From positions 267,702-331,701 of the forward strand of contig CDMY01000571.1 in NCBI GenBank assembly GCA_001179505.1: DNA of 64,000 nucleotides, in the 5' to 3' direction. The notes under the pieces are model-generated. The model was not told where the DNA came from and did not search any database. It saw only the letters and a list, made by a program, of their open reading frames with translations. The position numbers and the translations under genes are program-made. The DNA comes from Vitrella brassicaformis CCMP3155 (taxonomy: Eukaryota > Protista > Chromerida). Within the stretch, counting starts at the first letter, position 1. Each line of letters begins with the position of its first letter. Below, piece by piece: positions 1 to 12,500 of the stretch.

Positions 1-122
1 GCCAAGGTCAGTCAGTGGGTCGACAAATGGCTGGCTGAGCACACCATGCACGCTGTGTCATTTGTCATTGCCCACTCCCTCCTCCGTTTGCCTGTGTGTG
101 GTAATACCTGTGGTTGTGTGCA

Positions 123-267
123 GGGGTCTGTCGGAAAGAAGCACCTGCCGATGCTGGAGAGAGCCATCGCAGACAGCTCTAGTGCACTCGACCGACTTGA
201 TGGCTTGGCACTGGTATGCACACACGCATGCATCATTGATCCGCCCTCCGATCCATTCTGAGCTTTG

Positions 268-303
<36 letters not shown>

Positions 304-2048
304 CTCAGCTGGAGGGCCACTTCAAGAACTTCGCACTCGCCCCTCCTGACGATGAAGTCGAGGAGGGATGGGGGAGGATCGAGCCCTTCTTTGCAGAGGC
401 ACGTGTACCCATCGATTCGATGGACGCACACCGACATTGTGGCCGGGTGGACTTAATTGCCGCATCTGATCTGCAGGCGCCGTCCATCACCATCAGTGGG
501 GATCTCTCTGACCACTCATCCGACGCAGTCGACTCGCAGACAGAGACGCTGGCACAGGTACGAACAGGTACAAAGCCACGTATGCTGTACCTGTGCCTTT
601 CGTATTGCATATCTGCTTTTGCTCCAGGGCCCCGGCAGCCGATTTGCCGACAAGGCCGTCACTCATGAGACCACTAAGGCCACTCAAACACAGAAGAAGG
701 TACGACAGCGGAGCTGGTACACCGTGCTGCCGACATCATGACGGCCGACGTATGCTGTCTGTGCGTGTCATTCGTTGTCTGTTAGGCTCACTTGATTGGG
801 TTTGAGTTCGTGCGGCAGCTATACGCCCTGCCCGAGACCCTCATGCACGGCACACTTTTCCCCCTCATCCACCAGCACCCCCACACTGCACTCGCCAAGG
901 TCAGCAGTGCCCTCTGCTGCACCTCACCGGCAGTCGGCAGCGCCGTCGCGGCCGCCCTCATCGCACAAATCGACAGCATCATCGAACGCCTCAAGGGACT
1001 CATCGGCTACACCCAGATCCGTCGGCACCTGCAGTGGCACCCGGGTCGGTGTGTGGATGTCCGTCGGCCATCCCGACTGATCCGCCTTCACTATGTGATG
1101 GTGACGGGCGGCGACTGGACGGGCAGCGCGCCGCTGCTGCGGCTGGCCAAGAGCTGCAGTGAGATCCAGTCGCTGCCGATCGAGCTGACGGCTGAGGATC
1201 TGTGGCGTGCGGGCAGCAAGGCCGTCATAGACAGCCGCCCGCCCAGCATGAGGCAATACGCCCTCTTCAGCCACCGACTGGGAGAGGTCAGGCACCTGTC
1301 GCGCGATGCCAACGGGCGGGAGAGGCTGGGCGGCGGTGTGGTGACGGTGCACACACAGCAGACGGTGCCGGTCAGATATCGAGATCGATTCGATGCGGCC
1401 GATCCCCCGTGCCGACGTAGGAGAGGGGAGGGCACAGCACCACAGGGGAGCCAACTTGACATGGATGGTGTCTGCCGCTGTGTGTCTGTGTGTTGCTGCA
1501 GACGTTCGTGACTTCGGCAGCTTCCGTGAGTTGGTCATCGAGAGGTAAGCAGCGAAATGAGAGAAACACCAATGTCTCCTGCTGTCTGCCTTTCCGCTTC
1601 CTGCTCTTTCAGTATGGTAGTAGAGTCGTCGTTGCTTCAGGTGTGGGATCGTTGGTGTTATGAATCAGATCCGCACTCTGCTGAGTTTGACCGCATCTGT
1701 GCCCTGATCGACCAGCAGCCGCCCGTCTGCCGCACCATCAACTACGGCATTGCGATACACACGGACGGCATGAAGGGCCGGCTCGTCATACTGCATGGCG
1801 ACGAGAAGGGCGACAATTTCATGGCATACATGGAGATGGCAAAGTGGAGTGACGTGTGTTCATCCATCCACCTCTGCACCACCGAGGCGCCCCATCAGGG
1901 CGGCAGTGGTCCTGCTGCCTTCCCGCGGACAGTGGCCATCGCCAACAAGAGGATGGGCGACGCCGTCACGCTACTCCCAGAGGTCAACAACGCCATCAAC
2001 ACGGGTACATACGCACGAGAACACCAGATGAGCCCAACACAAGAGTGA
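123..2048 (+). CDS. Multi-exon hypothetical protein, 5'-partial; probably a lineage-expanded family
   Basis: Coding-like exons bounded by GT/AG: GSVGKKHLPMLERA..., QLEGHFKNF..., the long exon IGFEFVRQLYALPETL...DAADPP, and VWDRWCYESDP...SPTQE ending at stop 2048. No domain recognised. Confidence 0.55.
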
Positions 2049-2843
2049 GACTGTCTCTTGTTTCATGACTGCAGCTGTCGGGGTGACGTCGACGTGACTG
2101 AGGTGGGCTTGGGCGGCGGCACGCACGACATCGGAAGTAGCTGACGTGCAGTGGGGCGGCAATGGGAAGGGCGCGAGATGGACCGACCAGCCTGTCTGTG
2201 CTGCCTTCATCTGTGTCTGTCATGTGTTTGCTCCCGGCCGTTTTTCTTCCTCGTGTGTCGATGTGGTGCGTTTATCTGTCTGTCTGGATGGACATACACC
2301 GCATGAACCGAGTGCGTGAGTGGTCGGACTGCATCTGTGCACGAGCATCCTTTGGCTTGATGACACACCAAACGTCAATCTGAGTCTGTCAGTTTGTTTG
2401 TTGTGTTTGTTACTCTACTATAAGCTGCTCACTGCACATGCACACTCATGCGACCCATCCATTTGGTGATAAAGTCGTTGCCTCGTCCACAACGATAAAG
2501 GCCGGGAAGTTCTCCACCTCTATTTTCCACACAGCCTGCACACATCGCATCCATTGCACCCAGAGAGAGCGGCATCCAAATGGCTGTATCATATTGCATT
2601 TATCATATTGTACTCACTCCGGCAGACAGACAGGGAGACATACATGTGAGCACAATATGACCTTTCATCTGTTGGCTGGCCGGATGGGTGAATGGATGGA
2701 TGTTGTTGCTTGCTGATAATTCATTCAGTCGAGCTAGAGGGGAGAAAGGTCCCGTACGCATTGTGCGACTGTACCCGTGTTGTGTGTGGGGTTGTGGCTC
2801 TTCTGCATGGCTGAATGAGTGAGACAGAAATGCATCGCTCCCT

Positions 2844-5800
2844 TCACACGTTAGACAGTGTCGGTCGAGTGTCCACCAGAAGCTGCCTCCTCCGGCACTC
2901 AACACCCACTCTGCGTGCCCTGCTTTCTTCAAAGAGACTCTCGGATATAAAATGGAGGCACCGATCGATGGCCGCTGCCGCCAACAAACACACACATACA
3001 CACAAAGAAAAACCACACAAGACCGCATGTCTCTCTTCCCTCCGCCCTGCCATGTATCAGGTGCACTATTATGGCCATTTGCACCCGTCGGGCTCCTGGA
3101 TGGTGACAGGATATACACACATTCGCACACTTGAAGCACATCCAGACAGACAGACAGACGTGACCTCTTGTCTGTGTAACTAATGCCATGCTCATGTACT
3201 TGGCGAGTGCAAGGAAGCATAGATGTACCACTCGAGAGCTCATCAGACCATACTTTCGCGCCACTTCAGCAACAATGGGAAAGCACACGGCTAATTCTAG
3301 AGAACACAAGAAATGATGTTAGCACAGAGGCGTCTTTGTGAGAGGCTGCGCACCTTCAGCTCTTGGGCCATTCGAGGCTTCGCCGATCTTCTTTAGAGCC
3401 GACTCAATGACTGGCAGATCTTGGTCCAGGTCTCCTGTGGCAGAGACGTGTATGCAGAGGAAAGCATCTATGTGTCTCTCTTTTGCTGCTGGTCGGTACC
3501 CGTGAGGCTTCTCAGGTCGGCAATGATTGATTATGTTTGGGACTTGAGTGTTGTCAATGCTCGTCTCATCTAGCTTGGATGGTGCGGCGCCAGCCGCTCC
3601 GACATGCCGCTGTTTCTGACGGCATTAGGGGCTGCAATCTAAATGACAAGCCTTGAGCTGCCGCTCCATGTCGCTCTTGATCTCGGCATTCAGGTCATTG
3701 CCGAGGTCTGACGGCACAGCACAGCGCAAGCCGTGCGTGCGGGCCTGACCTGGAGTGATACCACCGTCGCCATCATCTTGTCAACTTCCTGAGCGCACAC
3801 CCACAGACTAGCGCTTCCGCTACACAGTGGAGACATGACGATTGTACACTTCCCACCCTCGAGTTGATGTCCAGATCGGTGTCCGTGTCGTTGGATGCCG
3901 TCCGTGGTCGGCTGATCCTTGGCCAACACGGATGGAATCTGGATGGCCCTCTGGATGTTCCAGAACATGACGCCTGTGACATTAGGGCCTGCAAACATCA
4001 CGCCACAATACAGACAATACCACTTTGACACACGCATGGTTCTGCATCTTGTGATATGTATGTTGTCAGTTCGGTATCCTCACCCGAACGCGGCGTCATG
4101 GGTGAAGGCGGAGAGCGGCCCGCAGGTGTTCGCGCCGTTATTGTGCTTAAAAGCGATGAATGACGACTTCGCTTGGCCTGTGTTGGTGTCATCGATGGCC
4201 GCTTGCGCTTATCATCATATGACAAGCTGCAGAAAGAGAGACACGTCCACCTTCGTCTTATGAATGATACAAGGTATATGACGCGCACACACAGATCCAC
4301 GTCACCTTGAAATGCCTTCGTGGCGGCCGCCTCAACCGCGCTGCAATACTGCCAGGTCGGCGCTGCCCGGCATGGCGACAGGACAAGGGGTGCGAAAAAC
4401 ACCAACAACACAAGGACCTGCCGCCACAACAACAGCACACCACAATGCATGACCCCACACAAGCCCCCATCGATGGCTCGCAGTTGGGAAGTCTTGAAGC
4501 TGTCTTGTCCGTCTGTCTGCGTTGATGGCTGCTGCTCTCATCATCTCCTTACACTTCACCAAAGGCGTTGCTGTGCACGCACACAGACAGAGAACCGGAT
4601 CCCATTATTGCGCATACCTGAAAGCGCTGATGTCTACAAGATGAGGCTCTGAGTCACACACACACAGATGGAGAGAGAGCACCAATTCGCTGAGTGTGTA
4701 CGCTCCCCTCGGTCCCTCACCTGCAGTTGATGGTCTTGAGTGCCACTTATGTCCTCGTCTCTGCAGGTCTGCAAGACGAAGTACAGGTCTCGATCAGATG
4801 CATTGTCTGCCGGCTCGTCACAGAGCCGTCTTCGATGGGAGGGGAGGGGAGGGGCAAAGAAGTCGGGCGGACTGAGTTGATGGTCGTTGGACGTCCGGGC
4901 CTGAATGTTCCAAGGAATCCGATCAACAAAATCCATAAACGATGATTCGGCGGACTGAATGAGAGTGTTTCTGGTGCATGAATGCGTCTACCTGCCGCAT
5001 GAAGCGACGGTGTATCTTTTGTCTGGCTTGTTCGTACTTCCTCCATTCCACCCATGCTGTCCTCTAACGCGCCGCCGTCGGCCTGCTCCACAGCCGACTT
5101 GGAAGACGAGGGGCGACTCGGCGGTTCGTTGGTCAGAAAGAGTCGTCGGAACGTGAGATGAAGAGCCAGAGGAAATATGAAATGCAGACAGCGATTGAGA
5201 ACTCACTGACAATAAAGACACATGGGAATAATGCATGAGTGCAGGGGTATCGTGTGCAAAATGTTCACCTGCCTCAGGGACGGCGAAGGAGTCTCTTGGC
5301 TGATGTCTGTGGGGGCCGCTGCCTGCTGCTGCTGCTGCTGTGGGGAGGTGGCAATGGGGAAGGAGCGCTGCAGCTGCCTCTTGTCGACCGCCGGGCTGGG
5401 GGGCGAGTCGGGGAGGCTGAGGTCGGTGTAGGAGCGTTGGAGGGCTGTGGTGGATCGCCAAATGGGTGGCGAAGAGGCGACCGTACTGGCAAGAGACAAG
5501 CGGCGGGCGGCACCCTCCTGCACCTTGTCATCATCGCTGCACGGATGAGAGGACACAGACAGAAGCGACATATATATAAATCCATCGATGTCCCCCATTC
5601 ATATACGTACGCTGTATGTACGCTTACCCCTTCACTGCTTTGGCGTCAGAGGGGCGGTCACTGAGGGCTTCGACGGCGCTGCTGAAGCTCTCCTCCAGCT
5701 GCTTCTGGACGCCCAGTCGCCACTCAGCACTGACACATATAGTTGACATACATACGCTCATGTGCCATGCATACCTGTTGCTATGGCTGTCGGTCGACTC

Positions 5801-6456
5801 ACGCCTTTTGGCGATCTTGTTCCCTGGCTGCCGTCAGCTCCTGATTAGCCGCTCCACCCGGCCCTCTCTGGCCTTCTCGCTGGCCTGCAGCTTCTGCACC
5901 GTGTCGCGCACCTCCCTGCCGACGTCCTCGGCGTCGATGCGCTGCTCCATGCGATGTATCTCCTGCCTGCAGCGCAGCGCAGCCCAGAGAGACATTTGAA
6001 TGAAGAGACCAAAGTCCAAAGTGACCGACCAGGTGCGGGTGGGCGATGTGCCTGCCTGCCTGCCACGAGTGTGTGCCCCTAAGTACATATGTAAGTATTG
6101 CTCACTCACTTGAGCCTCTCGTTCCTCCCGCGCTCCTCTTTCTGCTGAGGCTGGGGTGGGCCCAGACAGGGCGTTTTGGCGGTACAGAAGGCGTCAATGG
6201 CCGCCTCCGGGGAAGAGGAGAACAATGGACTCGAGAGAGTGCGATGAGTTTCTGTCTTACCAGCCTGACGCTGGGAGATTGCCAGTTCTGCGGTGGCCTT
6301 GGATGCCTCGGCACGCACCTGAACTAGTTCCTTGTCAAGCCGATGACGCCAAATGGCAGGTTGTCTTCTCGAGAATAATTGCTTCGAATTAAAATCATTC
6401 TCGGCAGTCTCCTGCCGAGCTGCCGAGAATCTTGCCGTTGCTGTCTTTGCACCCAT
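2844..6456 (-). pseudogene. Coiled-coil/low-complexity gene whose 3' exons are paralogous to the kinesin tail at 10.5-11 kb; apparently frameshifted
   Basis: ATG at 6456. Exons [41 protein letters not shown] and IVAEVARKYGLMSSRVVHLCFLALAK match kinesin exons [41 protein letters not shown] and [26 protein letters not shown]. Apparent frameshifts near 5850 and 3520. Confidence 0.55.
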
Positions 6457-6549
6457 AGCTTAGTTTCTGACAAACTTTGTGTCCGTTAGCAAACGGCTGA
6501 GCTTCGCGAGCTTAGCTTGGCCGATCTCCCCACTAGCTAACGACGGAAG

Positions 6550-6577
6550 AAACCCTAAAGGTGCACATTTAGGGTTT
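6550..6577. promoter_or_regulatory. Inverted telomere-repeat-like (telo-box) motif: AAACCCTAAA-ggtgcaca-TTTAGGGTTT
   Basis: Near-perfect 28-bp palindrome read directly, about 95 bp upstream of the ATG at 6456. The regulatory role is inferred. Confidence 0.35.
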
Positions 6578-6704
6578 CCTTTTCGGCCTCATGGCGATGT
6601 CAAGCGCCCGCTGGTGGTTAGAAAGGTGCGCTTCTCGAGTCGCGCGGCACAGTATCTCGCGAGCATAGTGCAATTCGATCAAGATCTGGGCCCAAGGGAC
6701 ATTC

Positions 6705-6725
6705 AAACCCTAAACCCTGAACCCC
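6705..6725 (+). repeat. Short interstitial telomere-like array: (AAACCCT)2 plus a degenerate unit
   Basis: AAACCCT AAACCCT GAACCCC read directly. Confidence 0.5.
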
Positions 6726-7589
6726 AACCGAGCGGCTTCAGGCTTCTGTTGCAGAACCTATAAAGACGTGCGCCGAGGTGGCGTTGTCAACCTTATTACT
6801 TTGCCCGCTCCAGCTTGAGCTCCTCGGGATCCACCGGCCGGCACAATACTCGTCTTACTTATACTGTGATTGATTCACCAACTTTTCGCGAGTGGCGCGT
6901 TCTCTCTCGGGTTAAAAGGTGCGCCACTTCGTGCCATTGCCTGTGCTCTGGCGTCGCGGCCTGGGGCGGCGCGGGTGGCGAGAAAGGACCGGAAATGTCG
7001 GTCGCAAAAAGCTCGCAGATGGCCAACTCGGCAAAGACGGGAGGCTGGCGCGGGGCGCCACGCCGGTTCGAATCGCGCAGGCGGTCGATATGCGGGTCAG
7101 TAACGGAGAGTGTTACGGTAAGGTCAGGGTAAGGTCATGATTGTCCGTGACGTCCACATGCCCTTCTTCATGAGTGACGAGGGCGGCGAGTCGCTTTGTG
7201 CCTGCCTACTGACCGAAGCCACGGGTCAGCAGCGGGGGGGTCGCGGGTTGGAAGGAAGCGCCTTGTGCAACGGTTTGTTTGAGTGCATGCTGCCTGTGTC
7301 CTGATGTGGACAGTGTAGCGTCGGGCTTAGGAACAGGTGTTTCGTTAAACCACTTAAGCAAGCGGGTCTCCCAGAAGCCCGCGCAACGCGCGGGCGAACG
7401 CTAGTCTTCCTTTGGCGAAGGAGGATTGAGAGGCTCAGGACCTGTGTGTGATTGATCTGTGTGTGTGTGTCACAGATCATGACGGCCGACTGATTGCTGC
7501 AGTTCAAGTACTTTGAGCAGGTGAGGGAAGGCGAAGAGGCGTAGGATGGCGTTGAAACGCATTCATTCTGTTTTCTTTCTCGTCTGCAG

Positions 7590-8790
7590 GTGCTCGTGGC
7601 GGGTTCATTGAGGGCCAAGCTTGCGACATCTGCATCGAAGACATGGTTGACCGCAGCACTGCCGACATCGTGCTGCGGCAGGAGCTGGACATCGTGGAGA
7701 CCCTCGTCCCCGCCCCTCCAGTTCGACGTCGACGCCATCCTCTCGGGCAGCAACCAATCCCTGATGACACTCATAAAGAAAAAGGTTGCTCACAGTGCGT
7801 GATGTGAGAGGTTGGTGGTTGCGTGTGATGCTATGGTTTGCTTGCGCAGGCTACCTCCGCGGGCTGGCGTGACGACCCTGCTGTTGCTGACGCCATACTC
7901 GACAAGTCTGGTAGGTCGGCTGCATGCATGCATACACTATAACACACACACGTGGTTGCTGCTTGCGTGTAGGTGCCTGGCCCGCTTCACCTGCGAAGGC
8001 CGGTTCTCCTCTGAAGTCCGCCGCTGTCTGCTGCCACGGGTGCTCAAAAAAGAGGCCGGAAGTCATCCGCACCTTCCGGATAACCTACAAATGGCGGGCG
8101 GACCACGAGAGCAGTATATGGCGTGCGGTATACTGGACGCAGGGTGCTGTGCGACAGCACTGACCTCGGCATCAAGATGGCCATCAGCCTCATATCCGAC
8201 CTGGCCACGTCGCTTTCGAGCGACACGATTCACGCGTCGATACAAGACCTGGGCGACTTTCTCATGGGGACCACTCAGTCATCAAACATAGCCGGTGGAT
8301 AGCAGTGCTGGGTGAGGTGATCGGTGTCGGAATGCAGCACACGTGCTTCTTGCAGGCTCAGGTGTGTGCATTGCGTTTGGAGTGTCAGCGAGACCAGCAA
8401 GACGCCGCCAAGGCCAAACAGCACGACGAGAAGTTGCAGAAGGGAAGCCGAGAGGTACGCATCGCGGGAAAGATGGAAGAGGGGGCAGAAAGGCTGTGTG
8501 TCCGTCAGGTTGCGTGCGCGGATAGCCACGACAGCGAGCCTGCCGATCTCTCGTTAGCGACGCAGACGACGCTGATCAGCATACAGATGGTATGCGTCTC
8601 CTGCAGCAGCACCACCTGCAGGTGGGTATGACACTCACCACCGCGCACATACACCCGACACTTCCTGACGCTCCTCTTCGGTTCAGGCCGTCGCGGAGAA
8701 CGAGCACGTGAACGAGCGCGTCGTTGCGGAGAACGAGCGCCTCCGTCAAGAGCACAAGACTTTAAAGGACAGTCGAACAGCGCACACACA
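7590..8790 (+). CDS. Hypothetical multi-exon protein; structure and ends uncertain
   Basis: Coding-like GT/AG-bounded segments (VLCDSTDLGIKMAISLISDLATSL..., CQRDQQDAAKAKQHDEKLQK, AVAENEHVNERVVAENERLRQEH). I could not resolve a single reading frame. Confidence 0.35.
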
Positions 8791-8964
8791 TGGGGACACG
8801 GACACATAGAGCCGTACACCGAGGAACGGGGCAAGCTGGGTGTGAGGCTACTGCTCTTACGTTGTGTCGACGTGCTGTGTGTGTTGTGCAGCTGAACCAC
8901 CCGTCCAGACATCTCATACAAGCGGACAATGCATTTCAATGTGTGTGAGGATCGACCCATTTCA

Positions 8965-8995
<31 letters not shown>

Positions 8996-9507
8996 ACGTG
9001 TCCATCGCAAGTTCGTTCATTCACAGAGGTCGCGACCTCACACAAAGATGCATAGGCCGTAGTCGGGTGGATGCTCCTGTCATGATCCACCAATGTCGAA
9101 CACTGTATATCAGCCAATTCACACGTTCGATTCAGTCAGTGACCGCCACTTCAGTGTCCAACAAACAATCCTCAAACAGACAATGCCAGACAACCCAATC
9201 ACCCCCAAAAGAAGCAGTGCAGCGGAATGCAGAGAGGTGTTAGTTAAGGGAAACCGAAGTGTTTGTTGGTTTGTCTGTGTATGTGTGTGTGTGTATGTGT
9301 GTGTGTGTGTGTATTTGTGTGTGTGTAGAGAGAGAGGGAGACAAAAGGAGAGACAGCAATCACACCCCAAAACAGCAACAACAGCAACCACTTCTAATCA
9401 CTACGGACGATGGCCCAAAAAACGATGCACAGCAGAGGACACTCCCAATCAATCAGTGAAGCGAAAATCCCTGCCAAAACAGACCAAATTTGGTCCATTC
9501 ATCAGCA

Positions 9508-12500
9508 TCAACGCCCCACTGCAGTGCCTTGGCGAGAGAACAGCGCCCTGAATCGCCCAATTGCTTTCTCAGCTTCAGCCCAGCCGACCTCTTCCACGGG
9601 ATCTCTGCCGGACTTCTGGTGCTCCTTTGTGATGAGATCCATGCTCGCATCGAGCGTCTTCTGTATCCCCGCGCGTTTGATGAGGATCTCCTGTACGGAT
9701 TGGTTGCACTTCGGGCTTTTGAATGCAAGCTGGTGGAGCACCAATGCCACAAATCTACACAGAAAGGAGGACAGAAAGAGAGACACGTGCAGGCAGATGC
9801 GGTGCAGCAAGGAGAGCGGGTTGTTAGCAAAGCTCACTTGACAAGGCTCGTGTGTGCGGGATGCACTTCTATGCACTGAATGAGCAGCTCAACCCCCTGT
9901 CAATGCACCAACCGGGCGAGCACCGTCATACAACGTTACTTCGTGTTCATGAAATTGCACGTCTCACCTCATTCTCAATGATCTTGTAGTGCCCAAGATC
10001 CATTCGGATGCAGAAACTGCATGTACAGACACAGAGACAAGCCAGACGACAATGGGGACTCCTCGACAGCGGCAATGGGATGATGACAAGTAAACCTACC
10101 AATACACGACTTGCGCGACGGCGTTGCAGCACTTCTCATCCTCGAGAAATCTCCTCAGCCCTGAAAAAATCCTTGTGAAGCCATCTTCGTTAAGCAGCTT
10201 GGCGCGGAGAGTCGAGTCATTGGCCGACATAGATGCAATCGCATGGCAACCTAACCCAAACGCATCCTTGTCGTTCTGATGCAAGCACATGGCCTCCATC
10301 ACGTGACCTGTAAGTCGAGGACAAACACAGTGCGACCGATCAGGCGCTACATGCGTATCTCGTCACTTTCCAGTCAGTGCATACCCAGCGCCAGCTTCGT
10401 GTCGAAGCTCTGGATGCTCTCCTCGAGACCGATGACGGAAAACAGCTTGAATGCGCTCTGCTGGACCTTGGGGTCGTGCTTGTGGATGCCCACCAACTCC
10501 ACCATGAAGCTCAGGTTCTCTCGGAAGGGGAAATGAGTCACTTGGCGGCGGTTCGGCCTGCTCTTGAAGCACATCTTGGCCAAGGCGTAGAAGCTCAGAT
10601 GCACCACGCGGGCGCTCATCGGACCATACTTGCGGCAGACTTCAGCAATGGCGAAAAGGCACACATGCAAACCTGTGTGGTTGGCAATGGAAGAGACCAG
10701 AAATGACGTTGGAACACAGGCCGCGTCTTTGTGGGGATGTCGCACCTCCAGCTCTGGGGCCGTTTGACGCTTCGCCAATCTTCTTCAGAGCCGCTTCGAT
10801 GATTGGAAGATCCTTTTCCAAATCTCCTGCGTGTGACAGAGATTTGAACAAGGAAAGTCGTTTGGATGTCGCTGTCTCTCTCCTGGTCTTTGGCACTTAC
10901 CTGTCAGGTTTCTGAGCATTCTGTTGATTTCCTCGGGCAGGTTGATGTCATCAACGCTCATATCATCAAGTTTGCAGCGAACGCCACCTTCCGCGACAGG
11001 CGACTCCTCCTGACCGGCGCTGCTGAGCTCGCCCTCGGCGCTGCTGAGCTTGGCCTCGGCGCTGCTCAGCTGGGCCTCGGCGCTGCTCAGCTTGGCCTCG
11101 GCGCTGCTCAGCTGGGCTTTCTGCAGACAAACCCCAAAATGTCTGGGGCTGTGCCGTGCGGTCGTGTCTCTCTCCTTTGGTTGCCTGTTCGTCTAGGGTG
11201 GTTGTGTAGTACGCTTGTTGGGCTGCCTTCTCCTCCTCCAGGGCCTTGTAGGCGCCGATCATCTCCTCCAATTCAGAGTCCTTTTTGCTGACCTGCACAT
11301 ATTGGCACCAATCGTCCGTGCATCATGTTTTAGTCATGTTGTCCACTGACCTGCCCTCGCATGGCGTCCAGCTCTCCCTTGAGTGTTTCTACCAGATCTT
11401 TGAAGGTCTGCATCGTGTCCCTTTCTGCTGCGATCTGTCTTTTGAGATCATCATTGACGTCGTCCAGCCGCTTGCCCGCCTCCTTCTCTCGCTGAAGCTC
11501 CAACACAGCCTTCTTGAGGGCCTCGTCCTTCTCCTTGAACTGACGCCATGAAGCAAAGAACGAAACACGAAAATCACCGCAAGATGCATCTTTCGAAAAA
11601 TGACCTTCTTCACCATTTACCTGAGCCTCGAGCTCTGCCACACGATTCCTGAGAGATGCGACACTTTCTAGAGCCGTGCGCTCGCCCTCCTTGGCATCAG
11701 ACACCTCCGAGTCCTTAGCTGCCAAGCGGGCCGTCACGTCCTCCTTCTCCTTGTTCAGGGCGGCAGCACTCTCGTCCGCTGTGGCCTTGGCGTCGGCGAG
11801 ACGGCTCTCTAATGCCTTGGTCCGCTCCAGCTCCTCCTTTCGCATCTCCCCTATCCGCCGGTCTCTCTCGGCCAGCTCCGCCTCCTTTGTCGCCAGCTCC
11901 GCCTCCTTTGTCTTCAGTTTGCCGTCCAGCTCGGCCTCCTTTCTATCCTTGCTGTCGGCCTGTTTTTGAAACACTTGCAGTATCGACTCATAGTGCTCCT
12001 GCTGCCTGATCTTCTCTGGAGACACAGACGAGAGGAACAGAGACATAAGACACATGATTAGGCCTGCAGGCGTGTGGCTGGCGACTGATGTGTGTACCTG
12101 CTTTGAGAGTGTACACTTCTTGGTTGGCTTCATCCAGTCGGGCGCTTTTCTCTTTGAACAACTAGAGAGACAGAGCGAGAATGGGATGGCCACGGAAAGC
12201 CTAAGGATATTGTGTTTCATCCTAGCCCACTGTCTCCTTGAGTTTGTCCTCCGCCCCGGTGTTCACCAGCTTGCTCTCAATGTTCTGAACACACACACGC
12301 ACACAGTCACACGATGCGAGCAGCTTTTGCGCACTCGTCTGTGCCGTATGCCATGTGTCCATTAATGCGACTGACCGCCAAGGCTTCGAGTATCTGCACC
12401 TGGTTCTCCTCCAGGTCCTGCTTTTTGGCCAGAGCTACCTCAGGGACTTGTGCAGGAGGAGGATTCCGGGGCTGCATCAAGCACACAAGGACATGGAAAT

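Noticed and set aside
7013-7085. tRNA-like A box (TGGCCAACTCGG) and B box (GGTTCGAATC) at tRNA-like spacing
   Set aside because: The acceptor, anticodon and T stems do not pair, so there is no cloverleaf. At most a decayed tRNA/SINE relic or chance.
7476-7520. In-frame TGA (7491) in an exon-like segment, considered as selenocysteine or readthrough
   Set aside because: An alternative acceptor just downstream (TTGCTGCAG) avoids the stop. There is no selenoprotein context or SECIS evidence.
9240-9340. Cys/Val- or His/Thr-repeat peptides (CVCVCV, HTHTHT) appearing in many ORFs
   Set aside because: Translations of intronic or intergenic (GT)n/(CA)n microsatellites, not metal-binding domains.
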